DNA from: Scyliorhinus canicula
Lineage: Eukaryota
Reading direction: 5' to 3'
Length of the DNA: 64,000 nucleotides
Assembly (NCBI RefSeq): GCF_902713615.1
Contig: NC_052154.1
Location: 39,295,017-39,359,016, forward strand
Position numbers and translations under genes: made by a program. Within the stretch, counting starts at the first letter, position 1. Each line of letters opens with the position of its first letter. Under the pieces are notes generated by a model. That model was not told where the DNA came from. It made no database searches and saw only the letters and a list, made by a program, of their open reading frames with translations. Of this stretch, positions 12,101 to 24,100 are shown one piece after another.

Positions 12101-15100
12101 GCAGGGGGACGCTTTTGGATGGAAGGGGTTGTGCCCCAAGACATGCACCTCCATTCCCTGTAGCTCCTGCACTCCTCGTTCTGCGCTCTCTCGGGACAAT
12201 ACTATTTGAATGGCCTGTTGAAAAGTCAATGTTGGCTCGGCTAACAACCTTCTCTGGGTGGCCACATTGTTAATACCGCAAACCAAACCGTCGCGTAACA
12301 TTTCTGACAAGGTCTCACCATAGTCACAGTACTCCGCAATCCTGCTTAGCCTGGATAGAAAGTCGGCAAGGGATTCTCCTGGGGTCCTCTCAGTGGTATT
12401 AAACCGGTAACGTTGGACTATCGTGGATGGGGTTGGGTTAAAATGTTGCCGCACTAAGTTCACAAGTTCATCAAACGTTTTGGTGTCCGGCGCAGCTGGG
12501 TACGTAAGGCTCCTAATCACCCCAAACGTATGCGGGCCGCAGGCGGTGAGCAATATGACCACCTGGCGCTCGTTTTCGGTGATGTTGTTTGCCCGGAAAT
12601 AGTAACGCATCCATTGTGCGTACTGGTTCCAGCTTTCCAGCGCAGCATCAAAAATATCCAAATGTCCATAGAGGCATGGTGTAATAGAAAACAACTTCCA
12701 ACCTGTATCCAACAAAAATCCAGGGAGGTGGCTTCAGCAGTGTAGACAGCTATTCACTTTAACCCTCGTTGCCAGTTTTGTGAGGGCCACGAAGAATCCA
12801 GCACAAGTTTTCAGGATACAAAGAAATAACATTTATTTACAATAACAATAAACAGCAGCAGCAACTTCCCTTGCTGCTCACTCCTTTCTCTCTGCTGGTT
12901 CCAAACTGGCCAGCTCTATTTATGCAGGGAGACTGCTAATGATTTCTCCGCCCCCCTCATTGGGGAAGCTCATACTCCCATAGGATTGTGGGATTGTCAT
13001 TAGTCCCCAGCCAATGGTAAGCAGGCAGGTTATAACAGCTTCACAGACAAAAAGGGAGCCACATGAGGATAAACAAATGAATCTAACTAAAATCCTATTA
13101 AAAGACCTTTGACCCACGAGCATCGAATTTCTGATTGCAGAATGCAGTACTATTAAATAGAAATAATTCAGACCTTGGGCTTTCCCTTCAAGTAGATTGT
13201 CACAGGCAAGTTAACTAGGTCTTGGTGTGTTGCAATATTTTGAATAAATTACCAGTTTTCAATGATGGTATCAGGAGTCAGAAGCTAACCAAATGGTTTG
13301 TGGTCACTCAAAAGCTAGCCTTAAATGGTATAATTTGAAACTACCTGTAAATTATTCATACAATAGTAATTAAATTAGTATCTTCAATTTTACCTTATCC
13401 TTTGAAGATTGCTGAATTTTTGTACAAAGATGACAGATAATGTCTTGCTCTTCAATTTCTTCACAAACCCTAAGAAAGGACACATTTATGTGCATGCAAT
13501 AAAATGCTATACTATTCTCAAAACTATAACATGATGATTTTAGATTCCAAAATATAAATCATGAAATTTCTCCAGTAATTGGATTGTTGTGAAGAGAGAA
13601 CTACCAACAGATCACTGATTTCCATCCCTAGAAAGAAAGATACCAACAGCACGTGGGGAGGCCTAATATGTTTGTGTTAGCTTCTCATTACAGTAATCTA
13701 ATACTAATCCCAGTGATCTACTCTTCACATACAAACCTGGATTTCGCTTCGCTGCAAATATTTAACCAATTTTTCCTTAAAAGGTGATACATTATCTGCC
13801 TCATTCCATGCTCTACATGAAGAATTTTTTCCCAACCTCTCTCTTCATGCTTTTTGTGGCAATTTGAAATTGAATACCCTTTGCAGCAGTGCCCAGGTAA
13901 TATTTGTTCAGCCTGGAAGGCCCAATAAGGATAAAAATAGAAATTTACTCTCGGGCTCTTCAGCTGGATAGCCAGTTGATACTGGGGATAAGTTCCACGG
14001 TATAGGTTATTGATTTTCATAGATACATAGAAGATAGGAGCAGGAGGTGGCCTTTTGGCCCTTCGAGCCTGCTCTGCCATTTATCATGATCATGGCTGAT
14101 CATCCAACTCCACAGCCTAATCCTGCTTTCTCCCCATAGCCTTTGATCCCATTCGCCCCAAGTGTTATATCTAGCCGCCTCTTGAATATATTTTTAGCAT
14201 CATATTTAAAAGGACTGATAACTGAAATAGGTGAGCATCTGGTCATCCAGTAACTGATGGCCTTGGACATGGCAGTGGCCAAAGTGTCTGTTCAAATGGG
14301 TTGGTAAGCCACTTTCAGGCCATCATGGCCTGCTTATGCTGAGGTGACCCAAGTTGACCTTTAACGCTGTATCTTTCATAAGTGCTCAATTTTTGCCGAG
14401 TCCCACTTTCTATTATAGACTTTCATAATTTGTTTTTTGAGTGACTTTACCAAATATTTTCTGCAAGGCCAAATCAACTATATTTTAGGAGCTCTACTAG
14501 ATAATCACCCCGAATTTTCTGCCAAGGGTTCTGCTGTAGCCTAGCACATGGGCTATCAAGTCTCAAAAAGAATTTTTAGCAACCTCTGATGGAACTAGAA
14601 GTTCATTAACGTCCGTTGAGGACAGAATCAGGGTCGGCTGAGATTCCTGCCTACTAAGACTCACAAATGAACAGCAATACCCAGGAGTACGGGAAGCAAT
14701 TCATGCTTTTGGAACTTCAGCAATAAGTTGAAGTTTCACAGAAGGGATGAAGGTAGGTAGATTGGCCAGAAAAAATACATTTAACGTTTACAAAAACATG
14801 CATCTTAATTACAATAAGTATTGCAAGCCAAGTAAATTAATTGAATAACAATGAAAATAAAACATTTCATTTTACAACATATGCATAACTCATATTTATC
14901 CTTTTATTTCACATTAACAAAAGACTGGAAGGAGGAAAAAGGTAACTGGGACCGAGTAAGGAAGGAGAAAGATAATGGGAACAGAGATAAGGAAACAGAG
15001 ATAAGGAAAAAAGGTAAGAATGAGGAAGATTAGGTGGGATACAAGGAGGATAGATGAGGGAACAGGTTTTGTCAGGATATGCAAGTTTATAATTTACACA

Positions 15101-18100
15101 AGGAAACCTATTTTTGGACTAGTTAAAGCAAATCCAGGTGCTAAAATTCAAATTTTTTTGCAATCAGGCAGGCAAACTTTGTATTTCATGCGATGTTCCC
15201 TTCTAACCTGAACCCCAACGTTTCTACCTGCGAGAGCTTAGTGACCTTTCTTCTAGGAGTGCTATCATTATATATGGAAGATAACATTTAAATCATTCTT
15301 TTATACCTGCTGGAGGAAAGAAGTGCAGCTAAAGCTCCAATAATAGCTTCCCACACATTATTTTCAATCGGCTTTTTCAGTAAATGGCAAAGGTGCTTCA
15401 ATGCATCGGCATCAATAATAGCTGTACTGAGATCACGGTTTTCACTTAGAATCCCAAGTGCAACGCAGACGCTTTCTTGTAGTTCTGCATTGGTTACTAA
15501 AACCAGAGAGAAATCAGGGCAGTGAAAAATGGTTCCATCAATTTTGAGAATAACATTGAACAAAATTCTGAGCACTGGTGGTCAGAAATCTTAATTAATG
15601 CTGAAATTTGATATGGATTTCTCACCCTGAAGTAGGTTCACAAGCACACAAATTCCTTTTTCATTTTTGATTTCATCCAGATTTCTGCAATAATAATGAC
15701 TGAGAATTAGATTCTAAAAAAGAATTCAGAGCATTTAAATGCTTCAGAACATTAAAGATTTTTTACAGAATAGAACTATGAATACCCAGGAGTGATTTAT
15801 CAGATAACATTCTTATCGAGGATGATAGAGGATTACACAGATGATTGGGACAGTGGGATCAGTTTTAGATTGTTTTAACCAATACAGACATGATAGGTAA
15901 ACAATTATGGTTCTAGGATGTGCTCATACCATCTGTGTTTCCACTTCTTAAGCTGAACAAATGACAAAAGAAAATAACATTTAAAGTGTTTTAAAACAGC
16001 TTTTACTTGTACCGAAGACTTGGTACTTGATAGTACTGTTGATGACACCTTCCATCATTTTGCTAATGATCGAGAGTAGACAGATGGTGTGTAATTGGCA
16101 GGGTTCGATTCACCCTTTTTGTGATCATGACATGCCCGGGCAGTCTTCCCACGTTGCCAGGTAGATGCCAGTGTTGTAGCCGTACAGGAACAGCTTGGTT
16201 AAGGGCACAGCTAGTTCTGGGGCAAAAGTCTTCAGTACTACTGCCAGAATCTTGTCAGTGTCCATATCCTTGGCAGTCCCCACATCCTTGGCAGTGCCCA
16301 CATCCTTGGCAGTGTCCACATCCTTGGCAGTGTCCAGTGCCTTCAGCTGTTTCTTGATGGAGTGAATCAAATTGCTTGAAGACGGACAGCTGTAATGCTG
16401 GGAACTTCCGGATGAGGCTGAGATGGATTACCCACTGAACAATTCTGGCTGAATGCTTCAGTCTTGACTTGTGCATGTGTTGGATTGAGGATGGGATATT
16501 TGTGGAGCCACCTCTTTCAGTTATTTCCCCACCATCTTTAATGGCTGGATGTGGCAGCATTTCAGCTTAGATTTGTTCCATTGGTTGTAGGTAATTAGCT
16601 CATTCTACCGTATGCTTCTTGCACTGTTTGACATGCAAGTAGTCTTGTTTTCACCTGGCGAAGACCTCATTTTAGGAATGCCTGGTGCTATTCCTGCATG
16701 CCCTTCTGCACTTCATTGAACCTGGGTTGATCGCTGAGCTTGATAGTACTGGGAGCGAGAAGGAAATGCCAGGCCACGAGGTTACAGATTGAAGTTGTAT
16801 ACAATTCTGCTGTTACTGATGGCGCACAGCATCTCATGGATTGAACGTCTAGACCAGTTAGGTCACAAGGGAGTCTGGTGACATTTATTTTAATACAAGG
16901 AGTCTTATGAACAAGGTAGTTGAATTGAGGACACAAATTGAAACCTGGGGTATGATCATTGCTGTCACAGACATGTTTGAGAGAGGGGCAGGATTGGCAG
17001 CTCAATATTCCGGAATACAGGGTCACCTGGCAAGATAGGGAAGGACATAAAAGAGGATGGTGTGTCACAATTTTGATCAGGGAATCAATTACAGCAGTAA
17101 GGAGGGATGTCATCTTAGAAGACTCTTCAACTGAAGTCATATAGGTAGAATGTAAAAACCAAAAAAAAGCAATCACATTGCTGGGAGTGTTCTATAGGCC
17201 CCCTAATCATCCGAGAGAAATAGAAGAGCAGATATATAGGCAACTTTCAGAGAAGTGTATAAGTAATAAGGTAGTGATAGTGGAGGATTTCAACTTCCCC
17301 AACATTAACTGGGGTAGCCATAGTGTAAAAGGTTTAGAGGGAGCGAAATTCTTAAAATGCATCGAGGAGAAATAGGTCAGGTTCTAAATGAATACTTTGT
17401 GTCAGTGTTCACTTGTGAGAGGAAAAGTGTGGGTTTAGAAATCAGGAAGAAAGGCTATGATAAAATTAAAGAGATTAACATAGACAGAGAGGAGGTTCCG
17501 AATGGTCCGGCAGGCTTAAAAGTAGACAAATCTCCAGGGTCAGGTGACACTTATCCCAGGCTGTAGAGTGAGGCAAGGGAGGAAATAACAGGGGCGCTGT
17601 TTATTTTCAATTCCTTTCTGGCCAAAGGAGAGGCACCGGAGGACTGAAGGATAGTCAATGTGATACTTTATTCAAGAAGGGAGGACAGGATAAACCAGGA
17701 AACTACAGGACAGTCAGTCTAACCTCAGTGGCAGGGAAACAATTGGAAGCAATTCTGAAACACAGGATTAATTTGCATTTGGAGGGGCAGGGATTAATTG
17801 AGAATAGTCAGCATGGCTTTGTTAAGGCAAGGTCATGTCTGACCAACTTGAGTGAATTTTTCGAAGAGGTGACCTAGTATGCAGATGAGGGAAATGCATT
17901 TGGCGTAGTCTACTTGAACTTCAGCAAGGCTTTTGAACACATGGGAGACATATAGTGAAGGTAAGAGCCCATGGGATCCAAGGAAATTTGGCAAATTGGA
18001 TCCAGATGTTTGAGGGGTGTTTTTCCAAGTGGAATCCTGTGCCCAGTGGGGTCCCGCAGGTATGTGTTGGGGCTCTTGCTGTTTGTGGTTGATACAAATG

Positions 18101-21100
18101 ATTTAGATATGAATGTTGAAGGGTTGATCAGTAAGTTTGCGGATGATACAAAAACTGGTGGGGTGGTAAATAGTGAGGAGGACTTCCTTAGATTACAGGA
18201 GGATATAGACGGGCTGATCCAGCAGAGGGCAGCAGAGCAGAGCTACTGATCAGCTGTTCTGGGGAAATTTGCATACGTGCAGTGCGGTCAGCCTAAGTTG
18301 AAGGGGAATCTGCGAAGGAGACCCGAGGAGTTTGAGTGAAGGCAATCATCCAGCAGAGGGCAGCAGAGCAGAGCTACTGATCAGCTGTTCTGGGGAAATT
18401 TGCATACGTGCAGTGCGGTCAGCCTAAGTTGAAGGGGAATCTGCGAAGGAGACCCGAGGAGTTTGAGTGAAGGCAATCATCCAGCAGAGGGCAGCAGAGC
18501 AGAGCTACTGATCAGCTGTTCTGGGGAAATTTGCATACGTGCAGTGCGGTCAGCCTAAGTTGAAGGGGAATCTGCGAAGGAGACCCGAGGAGTTTGAGTG
18601 AAGGCAATCATCCAGCAGAGGGCAGCAGAGCAGAGCTACTGATCAGCTGTTCTGGGGAAATTTGCATACGTGCAGTGCGGTCAGCCTAAGTTGAAGGTGG
18701 TTTGCGGAGAGGCTGTTGGCAAGTGACAGTTAAACCCGAAACACTTCGTGAGTGTTCCCCACCCTACCTCCTCCTCTAACCAACCCCCCCACCCCACGGT
18801 GGTTGGGAAGCGGGAGCAGGGGCCTGTCGTGAAGGTGAGTGAGTGCCTTTAAATTTGCTTACCTTTCAGCGGGAGCAGGGTTTGAGGGAATATCAGGTAA
18901 GCTCTTCCTTTCTTTTTCTTTTTCTTGTTTTTTTTTTTAAATCTAGAGGTGATGTCAGGGAAGGCAGTACAATACTCCTCCTGCAGAATGTTTGAGGTGA
19001 GGGACGCCGTCAGTGTCCCTGCTGATTTCATCTGTGGGAAGTGCACCCAACTCCAGCTCCTCAAAAACCGTGTTAGGGACCTGGAGCTTGAGCTGGATGA
19101 ACTTCGGATCATTCGGGAGGCAGAGGGGGTCATAGATAGGAGCTTCAGGGAAGTAGTTACACCAAAGACTGGAGATAGATGGGTAACTGTAAGAGGGACT
19201 GGGAAGAAGCAGTCAGTGCAGGGACCCCCTGCGGTCGTTCCCCTGAGTAACAAGTATACCGTTTTGGATACTTGTGGGGGGGACGACTTACCAGGGGTAA
19301 GCCATGGGGTACGGGCCTCTGGCACGGAGTCTGTCCCTGTTGCTCAGAAGGGAAGGGGGGAAAGGAGTAGAACATTAGTAATTGGGGACTCAATAGTCAG
19401 GGGCACAGATAGGAGATTTTGTGGGAGCGAGAGAGACTCACGTTTGGTATGTTGCCTCCCAGGTGCAAGGGTAAGTGATGTCTCGGATCGTGTTTTCCGG
19501 GTCCTTAAGGGGGAGGGGGAGCAGCCCCAAGTCGTAGTCCACATTGGCACTAACGACATAGGTAGGAAAGGGGACAAGGATGTCAGGCATGCCTTTAGGG
19601 AGCTAGGATGGAAGCTCAGAGCGAGAACAAACATAGTTGTTATCTCTGGGTTGTTGCCCGTGCCACGTGATAGTGAGATGAGGAATAGGGAGAGAGAGCA
19701 ATTAAACACGTGGCTACAGGGATGGTGCAGGCGGGAGGGATTCAGATTTCTGGATAACTGGGGCTCTTTCTGGGGAAGGTGGGACCTCTATAGACAGGAT
19801 GGTCTACATCTGAACCTGAGGGGCACCAATATCCTGGGAGGGAGATTTGTTAGTGCTCTTTGGGGGGGTTTAAACTAATTCAGCAGGGGCATGGGAACCT
19901 GGATTGTAGTTTTGGGGTACGGGAGATTGAGAGTATAGAGGTCAGGAGCACAGATTTGACTTCGCAGGAGGGTGCCAGTGTTCAGGTAGGTGGTTTGAAG
20001 TGTGTCTACTTCAATGCCAGGAGTATACAAAATAAGGTAGGGGAACTGGCAGCATGGGTTGGTACCTGGGACTTCGATGTTGTGGCCATTTCAGAGACAT
20101 GGATAGAGCAGGGACAGGAATGGTTGTTGCAGGTTCCGGGGTTTAGGTGTTTTAGTAAGCTCAGAGAAGGGGGCAAAAGAGGGGGAGGTGTGGCGCTGCT
20201 AGTCAAGGACAGTATTACAGTGGCGGAAAGGATGCTAGATGGGGACTCTTCTTCTGAGGTAGTATGGGCTGAGGTTAGAAACAGGAAAGGAGAGGTTACC
20301 CTGTTGGGAGTTTTCTATAGGCCACCTAATAGTTCTAGGGATGTAGAGGAAAGGATGGCGAAGATGATTCTGGAAAAGAGCGAAAGTAACAGGGTAGTTG
20401 TTATGGGAGACTTTAACTTTCCAAATATTGACTGGAAAAGATATAGTTCGAGTACATTAGATGGGTCATTCTTTGTACAATGTGTGCAGGAGGGTTTCCT
20501 GACACAATATGTTGACAGGCCAACAAGAGGCGAGGCCACATTGGATTTGGTTTTGGGTAATGAACCAGGCCAGGTGTTAGATCTGGAGGTAGGTGAGCAC
20601 TTTGGAAACAGTGACCACAATTCGGTGACCTTTACGTTAGTGATGGAAAGGGATAAGTATACCCCGCAGGGCAAGAGTTATAGCTGGGGGAAGGGCAATT
20701 ATGATGCCATTAGACATGACTTAGGATGTGTTGGTTGGAGAAGTAGGCAGCAAGGGTTGGGCACACTGGATATGTGGAGCTTGTTCAAGGAACAGCTATT
20801 GCATGTTCTTGATAAGTACGTACCAGTCAGGCAGGAAGGGGGTCGAGCGAGGGAACCGTGGTTTACCAAAGAAGTGGAATCTCTTGTTAAGAGGAAGAAG
20901 GAGGCCTATGTGAAGATGAGGCGTGAAGTTTCAGTTGGGGCGCTTGATAGTTACAAGGAAGCGAGGAAGGATCTAAAGAGAGAGCTGAGACGAGCAAGGA
21001 GGGGACATGAGAAGTCTTTGGCAGGTAGGATCAAGGAAAACCCAAAAGCTTTCTATAGGTATGTCAGGAATAAAAGAATGACTAGGGTAAGAGTAGGGCC

Positions 21101-24100
21101 AGTCAAGGACAGTGGTGGGAAGTTGTGTGTGGAGGCTGAGGAGATAAGCGAGATACTAAATGAATACTTTTCGTCAGTATTCACTCAAGAAAAAGATAAT
21201 ATTGTGGAGGAGAATGCTGAGACCCAGGCTATTAGAATAGATGGCATTGAGGTGCGTAGGGAAGAAGTGTTGGCAATTCTGGACAAGGTGAAAATAGATA
21301 AGTCCCCGGGGCCGGATGGGATTTATCCTAGGATTCTCTGGGAAGCCAGGGAAGAGATTGCTGAGCCTTTGGCTTTGATTTTTAGGTCATCATTGGCTAC
21401 AGGAATAGTGCCAGAGGACTGGAGGATAGCAAATGTGGTCCCTTTGTTCAAGAAGGGGAGTAGAGATAACCCCGGTAACTATAGGCCGGTGAGCCTAACG
21501 TCTGTGGTGGGAAAAGTCTTGGAGAGGATTATAAAAGATACGATTTATAATCATCTAGATAGGAATAATATGATTAGGGACAGTCAGCATGGTTTTGTGA
21601 AGGGTAGGTCATGCCTCACAAACCTTATCGAGTTCTTTGAGAAGGTGACTGAACAGGTAGACGAGGGTAGAGCAGTTGATGTGGTGTATATGGATTTCAG
21701 TAAAGCGTTTGATAAGGTTCCCCACGGTCGGCTATTGCAGAAAATACGGAGGCTGGGGATTGAGGGTGATTTAGAGATGTGGATCAGAAATTGGCTAGTT
21801 TAAAGAAGACAGAGAGTGGTAGTTGATGGGAAATGTTCAGAATGGAGTTCAGTTACGAGTGGCGTACCACAAGGATCTGTTTTGGGGCCGTTGCTGTTTG
21901 TCATTTTTATAAATGACCTAGAGGAGGGCGCAGAAGGATGGGTGAGTAAATTTGCAGACGACACTAAAGTCGGTGGAGTTGTAGACAGTGCGGAAGGATG
22001 TTGCAGGTTACAGAGGGACATAGATAAGCTGCAGAGCTGGGCTGAGAGGTGGCAAATGGAGTTTAATGTGGAGAAGTGTGAGGTGATTCACTTTGGAAAG
22101 AATAACAGGAATGCGGAATATTTGGCTAACGGTAAAATTCTTGGTAGTGTGGATGAGCAGAGGGATCTCGGTGTCCATGTACATAGATCCCTGAAAGTTG
22201 CCACCCAGGTTCATAGGGTTGTGAAGAAGGCCTATGGTGTGTTGGCCTTTATTGGTAGAGGGATTGAGTTCCGGAGCCACGAGGTCATGTTGCAGTTGTA
22301 CAAAACTCTAGTACGGCCGCATTTGGAGTATTGCGTACAGTTCTGGTCGCCTCATTATAGGAAGGACGTGGAAGCTTTGGAACGGGTGCAGAGGAGATTT
22401 ACCAGGATGTTGCCTGGTATGGAGGGAAAATCTTATGAGGAAAGGCTGATGGACTTGAGGTTGTTTTCGTTAGAGAGAAGGTTAAGAGGTGACTTAATAG
22501 AGGCATACAAAATGATCAGAGGGTTAGATAGGGTGGACAGCGAGAGCCTTCTCCCGCAGATGGAGGTGGCTAGCACGAAGGGACATAGCCTTAAATTGAG
22601 GGGTAATAGATATAGGACAGAGGTCAGAGGTAGGTTTTTTACGCAAAGAGTGGTGAGGCCGTGGAATGCCCTACCTGCAACAGTAGTGAACACGCCAACA
22701 TTGAGGGCATTAAAAAATTTATTGGATAAGCATATGGATGATAAGGGCATAGTGTAGGTTAGATGGCCTTTAGATTTTTTCCATGTCGGTGCAACATCGA
22801 GGGCCGAAGGGCCTGTACTGCGCTGTATCGTTCTATGTTCTATGGTCAGATGGCTATCAATGGCAAATGGAATTCAATCTGGTTAAATGTGAGGTGATGC
22901 ACTTGGGCAGGACAGACAAGGCAAGGGAATACATGATAAACGGCACAACCCTGGGAAGCATGGAAGATCAGAGGGACCTTGGGGTACATGTACATTGGTC
23001 CCTTAAGGTAGCAGAGAAGGCGAAAACAGTGGTTAAGAAGCCATATGGTATACTTGCCTTTATTAGCCGAGGCATAGAGTTTAAGAGTAGGGAGGTTGTG
23101 CTGGAACTGTATAAAACGTTGGTTAGGCACAGCTAGAGTATGGTGCGAAGTTCTGGAATCCATATTATAGGAGGGATGTGATAGCACTTGAAAGCGTGCC
23201 GAGGAGACTTACCAGACTGTTACCTGGGCTGGAGAATTTTAGCTATGAAAAGAGATTGGATAGACTGGAGTGGTTTTCCTTGGAACAGATAAGTCTGAGG
23301 GGGGACATGACTGAGATGTATAAAATTATGAGGGGCATAGATTGAATAGACAGGAAACCTTTCCTCTTGGTGGAGGGGTCAATGACCAGGGGGCATAGAT
23401 TTAAGGTAAGGGAGAGGAGATGTGAGGAAAAACTTTTTTATCCAGAGGGTGGTGGAAGTCTAACTTACTGCCTGAAAGGGTGGTAGAGACAGATCCTCTT
23501 AACATTTAAGAAATATTTAGGTGTGCACTTGCAATATTAAGACATAGAAGGCTGTGGGTGAAGTGCTGGAAAATGGAATTAGAATAGTTAGGTGGTTGTT
23601 TTTGACTGGTGCAGATGCAATGGGCCGAAGGGCCTTTTCTGTGCTGTAGGTCTCTATGCCTATGACCCAGTTTAGAGTTACTAGATGCATCTAAAATGTA
23701 TCCCATTCAGCACACTGGTGGTGCCATACATAATGATCTATGTAATAATTTGATACATGTGCTGCACATTAAATTGAGAACTCAATAACAATGAATACAT
23801 ATTCAAATATTCCAGTATATGTTACCCATGTAACTTGCATGGTAATAGATTCTGGAATAAGTTGAATAAGTATCTTTCCCAGTGCTAGTGCATTGTCCTT
23901 TAATTTCATGATCTAGCCACCAGTGGCAAAATTTTCACCCAAACTTGAGGTGTGAACGAACACAGGTCAGGCATTCAATTTCACAGTGCCTAGGGAAACC
24001 TCTGGTCAGCAAGCTAGGAAGGGGCCAGTGTTCCAGGATGCCTCTGAGACACCCTTGCCACCACAAACCCCTTCCTTACCTGGCAACAGCTGCAAGTCAT

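Larger units (their letters stand above)
8338..13037 (-). mobile_element. Full-length, decayed Ty3/Gypsy LTR retrotransposon (gag, PR, RT, RH, IN)
   Basis: Paired LTRs; 5-bp TSD GCTTC (8333-8337, 13038-13042); PBS-like TGGCAACGAG; PPT next to the 3' LTR; gag 11783..12715; RT YLDD 10675..11172; RH CDASPYG/EKEGLAVVF 10208..10822; integrase HHCC and core 8845..9950; multiple frameshifts. Confidence 0.95.
18217..22844 (+). mobile_element. Young, near full-length CR1 (HER1-like) LINE nested in the older CR1, antisense to TDRD12
   Basis: Tandem-monomer 5'UTR, ORF1 esterase, ORF2 EN+RT, 3'UTR ending in (TTCTATG)n; splits the older CR1 at GACGGGCTG|GTCAGATGG. Confidence 0.95.

Noticed and set aside
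18217-18697. CRISPR-like array
   Set aside because: The units are fully identical 131-mers with no unique spacers, the context is eukaryotic, and the array is contiguous with CR1 ORF1.
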